From the NCBI GenBank assembly GCA_017620915.1, contig JAFZSK010000083.1, forward strand, positions 8,726 to 72,725: a stretch of 64,000 bases of DNA, written 5' to 3'. Below, piece after piece: positions 43,510 through 53,051 of this stretch. The stretch comes from Clostridia bacterium (GTDB lineage Bacteria; Bacillota; Clostridia; UBA1212; UBA1255). Under the pieces are notes generated by a model, which was not told where the DNA came from, made no database searches, and worked only from the letters and a program-made list of their open reading frames with translations. A program made the position numbers and the translations under genes. Numbering within the stretch: the first letter of the stretch is position 1; every line of letters begins with the position of its first letter.

Positions 43510-45720
43510 ATGAAAAAAATCGGATTATTATTACTTTGTGTTGTACTCTTTTTGACTTCGTCGTGTGGAACGGCGGGATCAAAAAAGAAAAACGATCTTT
43601 TGAACAAAACAAAATTAGGAAATACGATTCCGGTCCCTCCTGGCAATATTAATATCGAATGTGACTTAGACAACTATTTATCCGTATCCGCCAAAAACAC
43701 GTCATTGGGAGATTACAACAATTATCTAAATGAATGTATTAAACGTGGATATACTGTTGAAGCTGACAATACATCGTCATATTATTCTGCATACAACAGC
43801 CAAGGTAATAAATTGCTTCTTTCGTTTTATGAATCCCTTGAAGAAATGGTTGTTGCAGTATATGCTCCGATGGAAATGGAAACGCTCAGATGGCCCAAAA
43901 GCAAAGTCGGCCAAATGGTTCCTAAACCGGATTCAGAGATTGGTAAAAATGTCAGAGATTCGTCAGATTCCTTCTATTTGTATGTAGGTGACACGGATAT
44001 CGACGAATTAAATAATTACATTGACAAATGTATGGATGCCGGCTTTGTCATCGATTATAATAGAACAAAAGAAAGATTTGTTGGTAAAAACGAAGAAGGA
44101 TATCAATTGACTCTTAGATATGAAGGGTTTGAGATCATTACAGTCAAATTGGATTCGCCCAATAAAAGTGTTCCCACTGATGCTCCGGTAACCGATGAGC
44201 CGTTGATCACAACTCCCGTTGAACAAGAGACGATCGTTCCGGTACCCACATTACAGCCAACGGAGACAAATACAGACCCCAATACAGTAACACCTACCAA
44301 AGAACCGTCAACGACTGTGACAAACCGCCCGACAGCAACTCCGACAAACCAGCCGACTGCAACTCCAACAAACCGCCCGACGGCAACGCCGACCAAACGT
44401 CCAACGGCTACCCCGACAAACCGGCCAACGCCAACGCCGACCAAGCGGCCAACGGCGACACCCACGAACCGGCCTACTGCAACACCTTCCAGTGGCGGGT
44501 TTAATACAAATAATACGATCACAAAAACGGTCAATTATGACGATAAGGGCGTCAAGATTACTTTCAACGAAATACAATACAGCAGCACATACTGTACGTT
44601 TTCGTTCACTATTGAAAACAACAGCGGTAAAGATTTGGAGTTTTACTCCAAGGATCTTAACTCAATCAACGGATATATGTTTAATATAGGCTGGTATTCT
44701 AAAACAGTTACAAATGGGAAAAAGGCTATAGAGAAGAGTACTATATATTACAAGGAACTGATGTCTTACGGGATAAATGAAATTGCGGATATGGCGTTTA
44801 TTTTTAAGGTTACCGATGATGACGATTGGCAAAATTACTTTTATACCTCTCCGATAATCGTTGAAACATCCTCGAAGAAAACACATGATTATTCCGTCGA
44901 TTATTATCAAAAAGCCATGAAAGACAAGACATATGAGAAATATTCCGGTAAAGATATAGGGTATTTCTCTAACAAGGCGGTGTTAGAACGAAATGGAATC
45001 AAACTTTCTTCATACAGTTTAATTAATAGCGGAACATACAAGTATTTATATTTGGAATTCACCAATAATTCCGATGTTCCGGTCACGATAGGCTATCGGG
45101 ATATTGCCATTGATTCTTTGGTTGCAAGTAATGGACTATGGTCAACTGCGACAATTCTGCCGCATAAAACGATGGTTGATGTTATTACCGTTTCAAGTTT
45201 AATAGATGAGGGGTTAATTGATTTGTTGAAAATCAATGAAATATCAACTATAGGAATGTTGCTGGATGTAGATCACGAAGATGAATCGGATTTCTTTGAA
45301 GAAAGGATATCGATTCCGGTTTCAAACAACCCGTCTACGATTGATTTGTCCGGTAAAACAGTATATGACGATAACGGGGTAAAAGTAGTATTCAAAGGTA
45401 TGGCGCTATCCGGTTATAGCAAGAAAGATCTTGATATCTACTTTTTAGTTACTAATAACAGCGGAAGAAAAATTAGAATCGATACAGGCTATAATGATTC
45501 CTCTATAAATGGTTATATGCAGTCGTTGGGATTATGGTCAACGTATGTTGATAACAATCAAACTGTTATTTGGGATGGAAGAGTCTATAGCAGTTCTCTC
45601 GAAGACCTCAATATCAGTAATCCTCTGGAGGAAATAACTGAAATAGAACTTGAAATAGAGTTGACAGATGAGCATTACCATGACATCGACAGCAGGATGG
45701 TAAAAATAAAACTACGTTAA
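43510..45720 (+). CDS. lipoprotein with Pro/Thr-rich tandem-repeat linker and repeated beta-rich domains
   Basis: Lipobox LTSSCG. Seven (TNRPTATP)-type repeats. Confidence 0.6.
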   Translation: MKKIGLLLLCVVLFLTSSCGTAGSKKKNDLLNKTKLGNTIPVPPGNINIECDLDNYLSVSAKNTSLGDYNNYLNECIKRGYTVEADNTSSYYSAYNSQGNKLLLSFYESLEEMVVAVYAPMEMETLRWPKSKVGQMVPKPDSEIGKNVRDSSDSFYLYVGDTDIDELNNYIDKCMDAGFVIDYNRTKERFVGKNEEGYQLTLRYEGFEIITVKLDSPNKSVPTDAPVTDEPLITTPVEQETIVPVPTLQPTETNTDPNTVTPTKEPSTTVTNRPTATPTNQPTATPTNRPTATPTKRPTATPTNRPTPTPTKRPTATPTNRPTATPSSGGFNTNNTITKTVNYDDKGVKITFNEIQYSSTYCTFSFTIENNSGKDLEFYSKDLNSINGYMFNIGWYSKTVTNGKKAIEKSTIYYKELMSYGINEIADMAFIFKVTDDDDWQNYFYTSPIIVETSSKKTHDYSVDYYQKAMKDKTYEKYSGKDIGYFSNKAVLERNGIKLSSYSLINSGTYKYLYLEFTNNSDVPVTIGYRDIAIDSLVASNGLWSTATILPHKTMVDVITVSSLIDEGLIDLLKINEISTIGMLLDVDHEDESDFFEERISIPVSNNPSTIDLSGKTVYDDNGVKVVFKGMALSGYSKKDLDIYFLVTNNSGRKIRIDTGYNDSSINGYMQSLGLWSTYVDNNQTVIWDGRVYSSSLEDLNISNPLEEITEIELEIELTDEHYHDIDSRMVKIKLR
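44321..44488 (+). repeat. seven tandem 24-nt coding repeats (TNRPTATP/TKRPTATP linker)
   Basis: Directly visible: acaaaccgcccgacagcaactccg repeated with minor variation. Confidence 0.8.
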
Positions 45721-45764
45721 ATAATAATTATTACTGTCGATTGTTATAGTTGTTGTTTTTGGAG

Positions 45765-45792
45765 TTGACATTCCCGCTTAAGTGACTATAAT
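45765..45792 (+). promoter_or_regulatory. sigma-70-like promoter TTGACA-16-TATAAT upstream of the antiporter gene
   Basis: ttgaca at 45765-70 and tataat at 45787-92. Confidence 0.45.
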
Positions 45793-45797
45793 ACTCA

Positions 45798-45837
45798 TTC
45801 GTGCCGGTTGCAAAAACTCCGGCACGAATTATTATTG
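45798..45837 (+). terminator. hairpin plus T-rich tract (terminator of the upstream lipoprotein gene, or leader attenuator)
   Basis: 10-bp stem ttcgtgccgg / ccggcacgaa with loop ttgcaaaaact, followed by ttattattg. Confidence 0.5.
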
Positions 45838-45858
45838 ACCGAAAGCTTGTGAATATAT

Positions 45859-47172
45859 ATGACAATGTTGCTTGCGTTGGCCGTCGCACTGCTGGCGGGG
45901 CTGATGATGTCGAGGTTGACGAAAATATGGAATCTGCCCGCGGTGACGGCGTATCTGGTGGCCGGCGTGCTGATCGGACCGTACGTGCTCGGCCGGCTGG
46001 GGATCCAGGGGCTCGGGTTCGTGGATGCCGCCGACGTGGGGAAATACAGCATCATTTCGGACGTGGCGCTGGGCTTTATCGCGCTGGCGATGGGCAACGA
46101 ATTCCGTATTGCCGACATCAAAAAGCTGGGCAAACAGGCTGTCGTAGTGGCGGTGTTTCAGGCGCTCACCGCAACGGTGCTGGTTGACGCCGCGCTGATC
46201 GGGCTGCATTTCCTGATGCCGGAGGCGCTGCCGTTGTCCGTAGCCGTGACGCTGGGCGCTGTCGCAGCCGCAACGGCCCCCGCCGCCACCCTGATGATCG
46301 TCAAACAGTACAAATCCCAGGGCCCCGTGACCCGCATGCTGCTGCCGGTGGTGGCGCTGGATGACGTTGTCGGCCTCATCCTGTTCGCGGTGTCGTTCGG
46401 TATTGCCCGCGCGCTGGAGCACGGCACGGTGGACATGTTCTCCGTGATCGTTGACCCGCTGCTGGAAGTGGTGGCGTCGCTGGCCCTGGGCGCGCTGCTG
46501 GGGGCAATATTCGCCTTCACCGAACGCTTCTTCCACTCCCGCTCCAAGCGTCTGAGCATCTCGGTGTGCTACGTGTTCCTGGCGGTGGCAATGTCGCAGC
46601 TCTCCTTCCGCCTCGGCCCCGTGACGCTGGGTTTTTCGTCACTGCTGGTCTGCATGGCGCTGGGCACCGTGTTCTGCAATCTCTGCGAATGGTCGTCCGA
46701 ACTGATGGACCGCCTGGATCGCTGGACGGGGCCGATAATGGTGCTGTTTTTCGTGTTGTCCGGCGCGGGCATGGAGCTGAACGTGTTTAAATCGTGGCAG
46801 GTGGTGCTGGCGGGTGTGGTGTTCATCCTGGTGCGTTCCGCGGGCAAGATCCTCGGCGCCAATTTCTCCTCCCGCATGATGAAGTGCGAACCCACGGTCC
46901 AGAAATATCTGGGCATCACGCTGCTGCCTCAGGCGGGCGTGGCGCTGGGTATGTCGATGACGGCAATGTCCCTCGGCGCCCCCGGCCTGATCATCCGCAA
47001 CATTTCGCTTTTCGCGGTCCTGATCTACGAACTGGTGGGACCGCTACTCACCAAGATCGCCCTGGACAAAGCCGGCGAGATCACCGACAAGCCCGTGCCG
47101 CCGCGTAAGCAGGCAATGCTCAACAAGAAGGGCATGGCCGCGGGCAACGACGAGGTGGACGAGGCAAAATAA
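45859..47172 (+). CDS. cation:proton antiporter (CPA/NhaP-Kef family)
   Basis: 437 aa with about 12 TM helices. The N-terminus MTMLLALAVALLAGLMMSRLTKIWNLPAVTAYLVAGVLIGPYVLG is typical of Na+/H+ exchanger family proteins. Confidence 0.8.
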   Translation: MTMLLALAVALLAGLMMSRLTKIWNLPAVTAYLVAGVLIGPYVLGRLGIQGLGFVDAADVGKYSIISDVALGFIALAMGNEFRIADIKKLGKQAVVVAVFQALTATVLVDAALIGLHFLMPEALPLSVAVTLGAVAAATAPAATLMIVKQYKSQGPVTRMLLPVVALDDVVGLILFAVSFGIARALEHGTVDMFSVIVDPLLEVVASLALGALLGAIFAFTERFFHSRSKRLSISVCYVFLAVAMSQLSFRLGPVTLGFSSLLVCMALGTVFCNLCEWSSELMDRLDRWTGPIMVLFFVLSGAGMELNVFKSWQVVLAGVVFILVRSAGKILGANFSSRMMKCEPTVQKYLGITLLPQAGVALGMSMTAMSLGAPGLIIRNISLFAVLIYELVGPLLTKIALDKAGEITDKPVPPRKQAMLNKKGMAAGNDEVDEAK

Positions 47173-47400
47173 TACGGCCGTTCGGGCGCGGCCATCCGAT
47201 CAACTCCCCGGCGGACTGCTATTCATCCTGCGCTCTGCCGGGTTTTTGTTTGCGTTGAATCGTCTTGTTTTGTCACGTCAATATGCCTAAATCATACAAG
47301 ATTTGTAAAATTTTCTTAATTTGACATTTCCCAGGAAATATGTTGACGTCATTGTGCTCTTCGGCGGATAATTGACCCGTTTCCGAAGGGAGGGCGAGAT

Positions 47401-47433
47401 ATGGAACTAGGCAAAACCGTAAATTCTAAATAA
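47401..47433 (+). CDS. 10-codon mini-ORF (MELGKTVNSK) with strong RBS, possible leader peptide
   Basis: RBS GAAGGGAGGG is 6 nt upstream. The TAA stop overlaps the first base of hairpin 1 of the downstream array. A TTGACG-18-GATAAT promoter sits at 47343-47372. Confidence 0.3.
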   Translation: MELGKTVNSK

Positions 47434-47610
47434 TAAGACAATATGGCTTGTTTGGGCGATTTTGTCTTATACATGGCGCTGTCTTTCGGGCAATTCTCAC
47501 CGGAAAAATAAGACATTTTTGCTCGTTTGCTTTTTATAGTCTTATTTTCGATGTGTTGTCATGCCAAAAAAGCAGACAATAACGCTCGTTTGAGAATGAT
47601 TGTCTTATAA
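47433..47610 (+). repeat. three tandem palindromic hairpin elements (half-site ATAAGACAAT…ATTGTCTTAT) with ~70-nt periodicity
   Basis: 47433-47470: ataagacaat…ttgtcttat. 47506-47546: aataagaca…agtcttatt. 47572-47609: cagacaat…attgtcttat. The central gctcgtttg motif is conserved. Confidence 0.7.
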
Positions 47611-47654
47611 ACGCCCGGATACGAGCTTTGAAATGAGCGCAAAGGGGAAGTCGT

Positions 47655-48326
47655 ATGGAATATAGAACGTTATTTAATGAAAGAGAAAAAGAACTTAAGA
47701 CGCTAAGAAAAAAGGTTCTTAATCGTCTTAAAAATGTGCCAAAAGGGTATGACGAGAGGGCACTGACAGCAATTGACGCAGAATTGAGAGTGATCGAAAG
47801 CTGCGGGAGGCATTGGAGCGAGTTGCCCGCGGTGGAAGTCGAAAAAGTGTATGAGAGTATTGCCGCCGAACTGCAGGAACTGGTAACACCGTTGACCGAA
47901 ACTGATCAACACTTTGCGAAACGCTGGCAGGAGGCGGAGTTCGAGCCGCTGAAGTATAGAGAAGAGGATAAAATACACGCCACAGAACGAGGTGAACTGG
48001 TAAGGTCAAAGTCTGAAGAGATAATCGCAAATCTGCTCTTTCAGAAAGGGGTGCCGTATAAGTATGAATGCCCGTTGAAAGTGTGCGGGCGAACGGTTTA
48101 TCCGGATTTTACAGTGCTGGATGTGAAAAAACGCCGGGAAGTGTACTGGGATCATTTAGGAGTTGCGGATGACCGCAATTATGCAATCAGAGCGATGTGG
48201 AAACTTCAGGCCTACAGTTTTGCCGGTCTGATCACGCAAAACCGAGTGATCATTACGGCAGAAACGCAGAGTGATCCGCTTGATTACATCGGGATCCGTC
48301 AAATCATCAATGAACTGGCGGCGTAA
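47655..48326 (+). CDS. hypothetical protein (possible restriction-endonuclease-like fold)
   Basis: 223 aa. RBS AAAGGGGAAG precedes the ATG. …VYPDFTVLD…EVYWDHLG loosely resembles a PD-(D/E)xK core; this is weak. Confidence 0.45.
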   Translation: MEYRTLFNEREKELKTLRKKVLNRLKNVPKGYDERALTAIDAELRVIESCGRHWSELPAVEVEKVYESIAAELQELVTPLTETDQHFAKRWQEAEFEPLKYREEDKIHATERGELVRSKSEEIIANLLFQKGVPYKYECPLKVCGRTVYPDFTVLDVKKRREVYWDHLGVADDRNYAIRAMWKLQAYSFAGLITQNRVIITAETQSDPLDYIGIRQIINELAA

Positions 48327-48403
48327 AGCGTCAAATAACTATAAAAACCGGCCGCGACATTGCTGCCACGGCCGTAAAACAGCGAATTGCTGAAAAGTAA
48401 CGT

Positions 48404-48559
48404 TTATTCTTTTTCAAACTCGTCTTTGGAAAGGCCGCAAACGGGGCAGACCCAATCCTCGGGCAAGTCTTCAAAGCGGGTGCCGGGCTGGATGCCGTTG
48501 TCCGGATCGCCCAGTTCGGGATCGTATTCGTAACCGCAGGGGCAGACGTATTTATCCAT
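48404..48559 (-). CDS. rubredoxin
   Basis: [14 protein letters not shown]…WVCPVCGL carries two CxxCG knuckles across 52 aa. The track ORF is extended upstream in-frame without support. Confidence 0.85.
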   Translation of the reverse strand: MDKYVCPCGYEYDPELGDPDNGIQPGTRFEDLPEDWVCPVCGLSKDEFEKE

Positions 48560-48656
48560 GTTGATCTCCTTAAAAAAGCAGGTGCGCAGGCCGCTGGCCG
48601 TTGACTCCGGCGCTGCACACCGTTGATTCAATTGGCAGTATGAGTCGCTGTCAAAA

Positions 48657-49182
48657 TCAGTTCGCGAAATGCGTGTGCTTGACCTGCCACTGCTTCAGCT
48701 TGATGGAGACCCACAAACTGTAGATGCCGCAGGTGATAAGAGAGAGCAGGGCCCATTTGATCCATTGACCGAAAAGGCTGCCGCCCGTGCCGTCGAATCT
48801 GAGCCGGCGGCCGTTGATCACGGTGTGCTGGGTCTCCCAGCGGTAGATACGGCAGAATGCCCAGGGGGCGTAGATGCTGAGTAATAAGGCAGAGCAGGAA
48901 GTTCACGATCGAGATGCCGATCTGCTGGCCCAGCGTGCCGTCAAAGAAGGATTCGGTGGAATTAACATTGACCGTCGGCGGCGTATTGTACGTATTGTAC
49001 GTGTTGTACGTAGGCTGCGGGTTGGGGTTGTACGCGGGCTGCGGATTGGGATTGTACGCAGGCTGCGGATTGGGGGCGGCTTCTCTGTTGACCGGAGCGG
49101 GTTCGGTGAGACGGGCGCCGCAGTTCATGCAGAATACCGAGTTGTCAGCACTGGAAGCGCCGCAGTTGGGACAAGTTTTCAT
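48657..49182 (-). pseudogene. zinc-ribbon / DUF-type membrane protein gene interrupted by a frameshift at a G5/C5 homopolymer (~48866-48870)
   Basis: N-terminus: MKTCPNCG…CMNCG zinc ribbon plus NPQPAY repeats. After the homopolymer the frame from the start decays into non-protein-like sequence. The frame shifted by one base, which is open upstream only to a TGA at ~48906, reads [53 protein letters not shown]… to a stop at 48657. Confidence 0.5.
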
Positions 49183-49230
49183 ATGTTTTCCTCCTTATTT
49201 TTTTTGGGATTATTCCCCGATCAGAGTTAA

Positions 49231-49776
49231 TTAACCGAAATATCTCTTCAGCAGGCCTTCGAACGCTTTGCCGTGGCGCGCTTCGTCCTTGGCCATTTCG
49301 TGCACGGTGTCGTGGACGGCATCGTAGCCCAGCTGCTTTGCGAGTTTGGCCAGCGCGAGCTTGCCCTCGGTGGCGCCGCACTCGGCGTCAACGCGCATCT
49401 CCAGGTTCTTTTTGGTGCTGGGGGTGACAACTTCGCCCAACAGCTCGGCGAACTTCGCCGCATGCTCGGCTTCTTCGAATGCCGCCTTCTCCCAGTACAG
49501 CCCGATCTCGGGGTACCCTTCGCGGAAGGCAACGCGCGACATCGCCAGATACATGCCGACTTCGCTGCATTCGCCGTTGAAGTTGTTTCTCAGGTCGGCA
49601 ACGACTCTCTCGTCGAGCCCCTTGGCAACGCCAACTTCATGTTCGCACGCCCACACGCGCTCGTCGCTGACGACCTCATTGAATTTCGACGCCGGGGCCT
49701 TGCACTGCGGGCAGCGCTCGGGCGCTTCGTCGCCCTCGTACACGTATCCGCAAACGGAACACACAAACTTTTTCAT
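49231..49776 (-). CDS. rubrerythrin family protein (reverse rubrerythrin: N-terminal rubredoxin-like, C-terminal ferritin-like)
   Basis: [15 protein letters not shown]…CPQCKAP, then four-helix diiron motifs (E…EEAEH…E…EARH). RBS GGAGGT is 6 nt before ATG 49776. Confidence 0.85.
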   Translation of the reverse strand: MKKFVCSVCGYVYEGDEAPERCPQCKAPASKFNEVVSDERVWACEHEVGVAKGLDERVVADLRNNFNGECSEVGMYLAMSRVAFREGYPEIGLYWEKAAFEEAEHAAKFAELLGEVVTPSTKKNLEMRVDAECGATEGKLALAKLAKQLGYDAVHDTVHEMAKDEARHGKAFEGLLKRYFG

Positions 49777-49975
49777 AACACTACCTCCGTATTCAGACAT
49801 ATCCTGCTGCCGCGGTCTGCCTAGACCTTCTGCCTGTTCGTTCCGGCGCGCGGCGCAACGATCGATCAGATGTTGCTATTATACATTTTTGCGGCTATAA
49901 ATTGCAAATAAAATGTTTATCGAATATAATGCAGGCGGTCAACAGCTTCAGAGAAGAATTAAGGGGGCAACGAAG

Positions 49976-51115
49976 GTGAGAAAAGTGTTGTTAACGGCGC
50001 TGTGCGTCAGTATATTGTGCGCCTGCTTTGCGGGACTCGCCGGCTGCAGACGCGGGGGCGGGGATGACAGACCGATCGTGTTGACGGAGGATGGCAATAT
50101 GAATACCAAAGACAATATCAGGACCCCGCTGCGCGCGCCCGGAGCCGAAATGGCCGTGCGGATATCGGAGGCGCCGGGAGAGGATCCGTTCGTTGTCACC
50201 GCGGGCGCCGCGCCGGACCCGTTCGTGTGCTATGATCCCGCGACGGACTATTATTACGGATTGTCCACGCAGAACAGCGCCATAGTGCTGCACCGGAGCA
50301 AACTGCTCGCCGAACTGTTCATCGGGCCTGAGGTGTGTGTGCCGTATTACGCGGGGACGGAGGTGGCCGGTTCGATCTGGGCGCCGGAGATGTATTTCCT
50401 GGACGGGCGCTGGTATATTTACACCAGCGGGCAGCTGACGGTGGAGGACGGCACGAAGCGGCTGTTCGTGCTGGAATCGGAGAGCGCGGATCCGTTCGAG
50501 GGCTTCCATTTCAAGGCATTCCTGGACAATACGGTGTTCGGGATCGACCCGACGGTGTTCGTTGACGACGCCGGCGCGATGTTTATATGTTTTTCGCAGG
50601 TGATGAACGGGGGACAATGGCTCAGTATTGCCCGCCTGACCTCGCCGTGGCAGATGTCAACGCCCGTACCGATCTCAGACCCCGGCGACTACATGTGGGA
50701 ATCGTTGACCGACGGTCCGCTGAACGAAGGCCCGTTCTTCGTGCGCTGCGATAATCGGCTGTTCATAATTTATTCGGCCAACGGCTGCTACAGCGACACG
50801 TACCGCCTCGGTCTGCTGGAATACAAGGGCGGCGACCCGCTCGCAAAGGACAACTGGGAGAAATACCCGGAACCGATCTTCGTGCTGAACAAGGCGGACA
50901 ACGTCTTCGCCCCCGGCCACGCGTCGTTCTTCTACTCGCCGGACCATACGGAGCTCTGGATCGCGTACCATTGTTATTACACGCGCAATTTCGGCGCGAC
51001 CCGCCGCATGCGCGTCTGCCATGTGCAGAAAGTGGATTTTGACGAGAGCGGATTTCCGGTCTTAGGCGTGCCGCTGGGAGCGGACACGTTGATCCCGGTG
51101 CCGGCGGGGGAGTGA
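49976..51115 (+). CDS. glycoside hydrolase family 43 protein (lipoprotein)
   Basis: GTG 49976 lies after RBS AAGGGGGC. Lipobox LAGC. DPFVCYDP…GSIWAPEMYF…GRWYIYTS…GPFF are GH43 five-bladed propeller motifs. Confidence 0.75.
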   Translation: MRKVLLTALCVSILCACFAGLAGCRRGGGDDRPIVLTEDGNMNTKDNIRTPLRAPGAEMAVRISEAPGEDPFVVTAGAAPDPFVCYDPATDYYYGLSTQNSAIVLHRSKLLAELFIGPEVCVPYYAGTEVAGSIWAPEMYFLDGRWYIYTSGQLTVEDGTKRLFVLESESADPFEGFHFKAFLDNTVFGIDPTVFVDDAGAMFICFSQVMNGGQWLSIARLTSPWQMSTPVPISDPGDYMWESLTDGPLNEGPFFVRCDNRLFIIYSANGCYSDTYRLGLLEYKGGDPLAKDNWEKYPEPIFVLNKADNVFAPGHASFFYSPDHTELWIAYHCYYTRNFGATRRMRVCHVQKVDFDESGFPVLGVPLGADTLIPVPAGE

Positions 51116-51118
51116 TTT

Positions 51119-52408
51119 TTACCGAGGTTTGCGCACGCGGACAATTGTCCACGGCTCCACCGGGAACGGCACGCACATGAGCACGGTCATGCAGGCGTGG
51201 GGGGCGCGGTCAATTGACACACCCTCGCCGTCCGTCATTTCCGCGAGCGTATGGCACAATACCGGACCGGCGGGCTGCACGAATTCCAGCGTTTCGCCGA
51301 TGCCGAAATTGCCCCTTTGCGAGATTGTCAATTTATAACTGCCGCGGCCGTCCGGTGCGCAGTTTTCCACGAGCCCCGCGTACACCGAATTCCGGATATA
51401 CGACGATGTGCCGTAGACCTGCTCGCCGCGGCCGCCGTGCAGGAATCCGTCGGAGTAGTCGCGGTGGCTGACGCTGGAGACTTCGTCCAGCAGGCGTGCG
51501 AGGGTCTCAGGATCCAGTTCGCCGCTTTCGCCGGCGGAGAGGCTCTCCCAGACGCGATCGATTGCCTCCCGGTACGCCCGCACCGTCACGCCCACGTAAT
51601 AGTCGCTCTTCATGCGGCCTTCGATCTTGAGGGCGGTCGCCCCCGCGCCGATCACTTCGTGCAGGTACGGCAGCAGACACAGATCTTTTGAGTTGAACAG
51701 GAACGTGCCCTCGCCGGTCTCCTCGATGCCGAAGAGCTGGCCGGGGCGTTTTTCTTCGGTCATCGACGCTGAGAGCGTGTATTGCCACCGGCAGGGCTGC
51801 GCGCATTCGCCCCGGTTGGAACTACGGCCCGTGAGGTAGTCGCTGAGCATGCAGCGGCCGGAGTACGCCATGCACATTGCCCCGTGAACGAACACTTCGA
51901 GGCCGGGGGCATTGTAGCCGTACGCGGCGGTCAGCGCATCGCCGATCTCGCGGATCTCGGAAAGCGTCAGTTCGCGCGCCAGGTTGATGCGCACGGCGCC
52001 CTGCGCGGCCCAGAAAAGGCAGGTGTCCGCGTTGAGGTTGTTGGCCTGGGTGCTCACGTGGAGGGGCAGGCCGGGGACTTCGCGGCGGAGCGCCAGAAAC
52101 GCGCCGAGGTCGGCAACGATCGCCCCGTCGATGCCCATATCCCGCAGCGTTTCGGCGTACCGGCACAGCGGCGCGATCTCCCGCGAACGGGGCAATATAT
52201 TCAGCGTAACGTACACTTTTTTGCCCTGAGCATGGGCGGAGGTCAATAACTCCCGCATCTCCGCGTCGGTGAAATTGCCCGCCGCCGCCCGCAGCCCGAA
52301 GGCCGTGCCGCCGACGTACACCGCGTCCGCGCCGAAGCGCAGCGCTGTGAGGGCTTTCTGGATATTGCCGCCGGGGGCGAGCAGTTCGGGTTTCTTAGCA
52401 GGCAGCAT
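51119..52408 (-). CDS. peptidase U32 family protein (YrrN/YrrO-like)
   Basis: MLPAKKPELLAPGGN…VYVGG… and GAMCMAYSGRCMLS…GECAQPCR are U32 signatures. The track ORF is extended 63 codons upstream with no support. Confidence 0.8.
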   Translation of the reverse strand: MLPAKKPELLAPGGNIQKALTALRFGADAVYVGGTAFGLRAAAGNFTDAEMRELLTSAHAQGKKVYVTLNILPRSREIAPLCRYAETLRDMGIDGAIVADLGAFLALRREVPGLPLHVSTQANNLNADTCLFWAAQGAVRINLARELTLSEIREIGDALTAAYGYNAPGLEVFVHGAMCMAYSGRCMLSDYLTGRSSNRGECAQPCRWQYTLSASMTEEKRPGQLFGIEETGEGTFLFNSKDLCLLPYLHEVIGAGATALKIEGRMKSDYYVGVTVRAYREAIDRVWESLSAGESGELDPETLARLLDEVSSVSHRDYSDGFLHGGRGEQVYGTSSYIRNSVYAGLVENCAPDGRGSYKLTISQRGNFGIGETLEFVQPAGPVLCHTLAEMTDGEGVSIDRAPHACMTVLMCVPFPVEPWTIVRVRKPR

Positions 52409-53051
52409 GAGAAGTATCCTTTCTGACCGCGGCCAGTACGCCGTCGCCGGCGGGCAGCAGCGCGGCATCAAAATCGCCGGACAAATTGACGCGGGAGAGG
52501 AAGGCGCGGAGGTTGGCCACGATCGTGCGGTGCTTGTGCGGAGCCTCGGCCGGTTCGTCAAAGACTTTGCCGTAGAAGAGGCAATTGTCCGCGGCAAGCA
52601 GACCGCCCGCGGGCAGCAGGCGCAGGACGTCGTCCAGCAGGCGTATGTATTGTCCTTTCGCGCTGTCCAGGAAGATCATGTCGTACGGGCCGCTCAGCGC
52701 CGCGAACACTTCCGTCACGTCGCCCAGGATCACACGGATCCGGTCTGACTTTCCGGCGCGGTCAATATTCCGCCTCGCCGCGGCCGCCATGTCCGCATCC
52801 AGCTCTACCGTCTCGATATACGCTTCCGGGGCCGCTTCGGACAACAGCAGCGCCGAATACCCGATCGCCGTTCCCGCCTCTAAAATGCGCGCGGGCCGCT
52901 TCAGCGCAGTGAGCGTGCGCAGCAGCGCGGCGGCGTCCGGGCGGAGGATCGGAACGTTATTGACCGCGGCGAAGTCCCGCAATTCGCGGAGCAGCGGTGA
53001 TTCTTCGGGTATAAATTCACGGATAAACGCGTTTGATTCCGGGCCGCACAT
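52395..53051 (-). CDS. class I SAM-dependent O-methyltransferase (YrrM/TrmR-like, O-MT family 3)
   Basis: …ILEAGTAIGYSALLLSEA… DMIFLDSAK motifs. ATGA overlap with the upstream mltG. Overlaps the U32 gene start by 14 nt. Confidence 0.75.
   Translation of the reverse strand: MCGPESNAFIREFIPEESPLLRELRDFAAVNNVPILRPDAAALLRTLTALKRPARILEAGTAIGYSALLLSEAAPEAYIETVELDADMAAAARRNIDRAGKSDRIRVILGDVTEVFAALSGPYDMIFLDSAKGQYIRLLDDVLRLLPAGGLLAADNCLFYGKVFDEPAEAPHKHRTIVANLRAFLSRVNLSGDFDAALLPAGDGVLAAVRKDTSHAAC

Noticed and set aside
44321-44488. Possible CRISPR-like array: regularly spaced 24-nt repeats
   Set aside because: The repeats are contiguous, with no spacers. They lie in-frame inside a lipoprotein gene and encode a TNRPTATP linker. 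The same applies to the NPQPAY-coding repeats at ~49000-49080 and the TP-rich linker at 24640-25010.
47173-47260. Terminator downstream of the antiporter (GC hairpins ggccgttcgggcgcggcc and cccggcgg…gccgggttttt)
   Set aside because: The stems are imperfect or the loop is too long. It is plausible but not convincing enough to list as a feature. The same applies to the weak 6-bp palindrome cggccg…cggccg at ~48340-48365.
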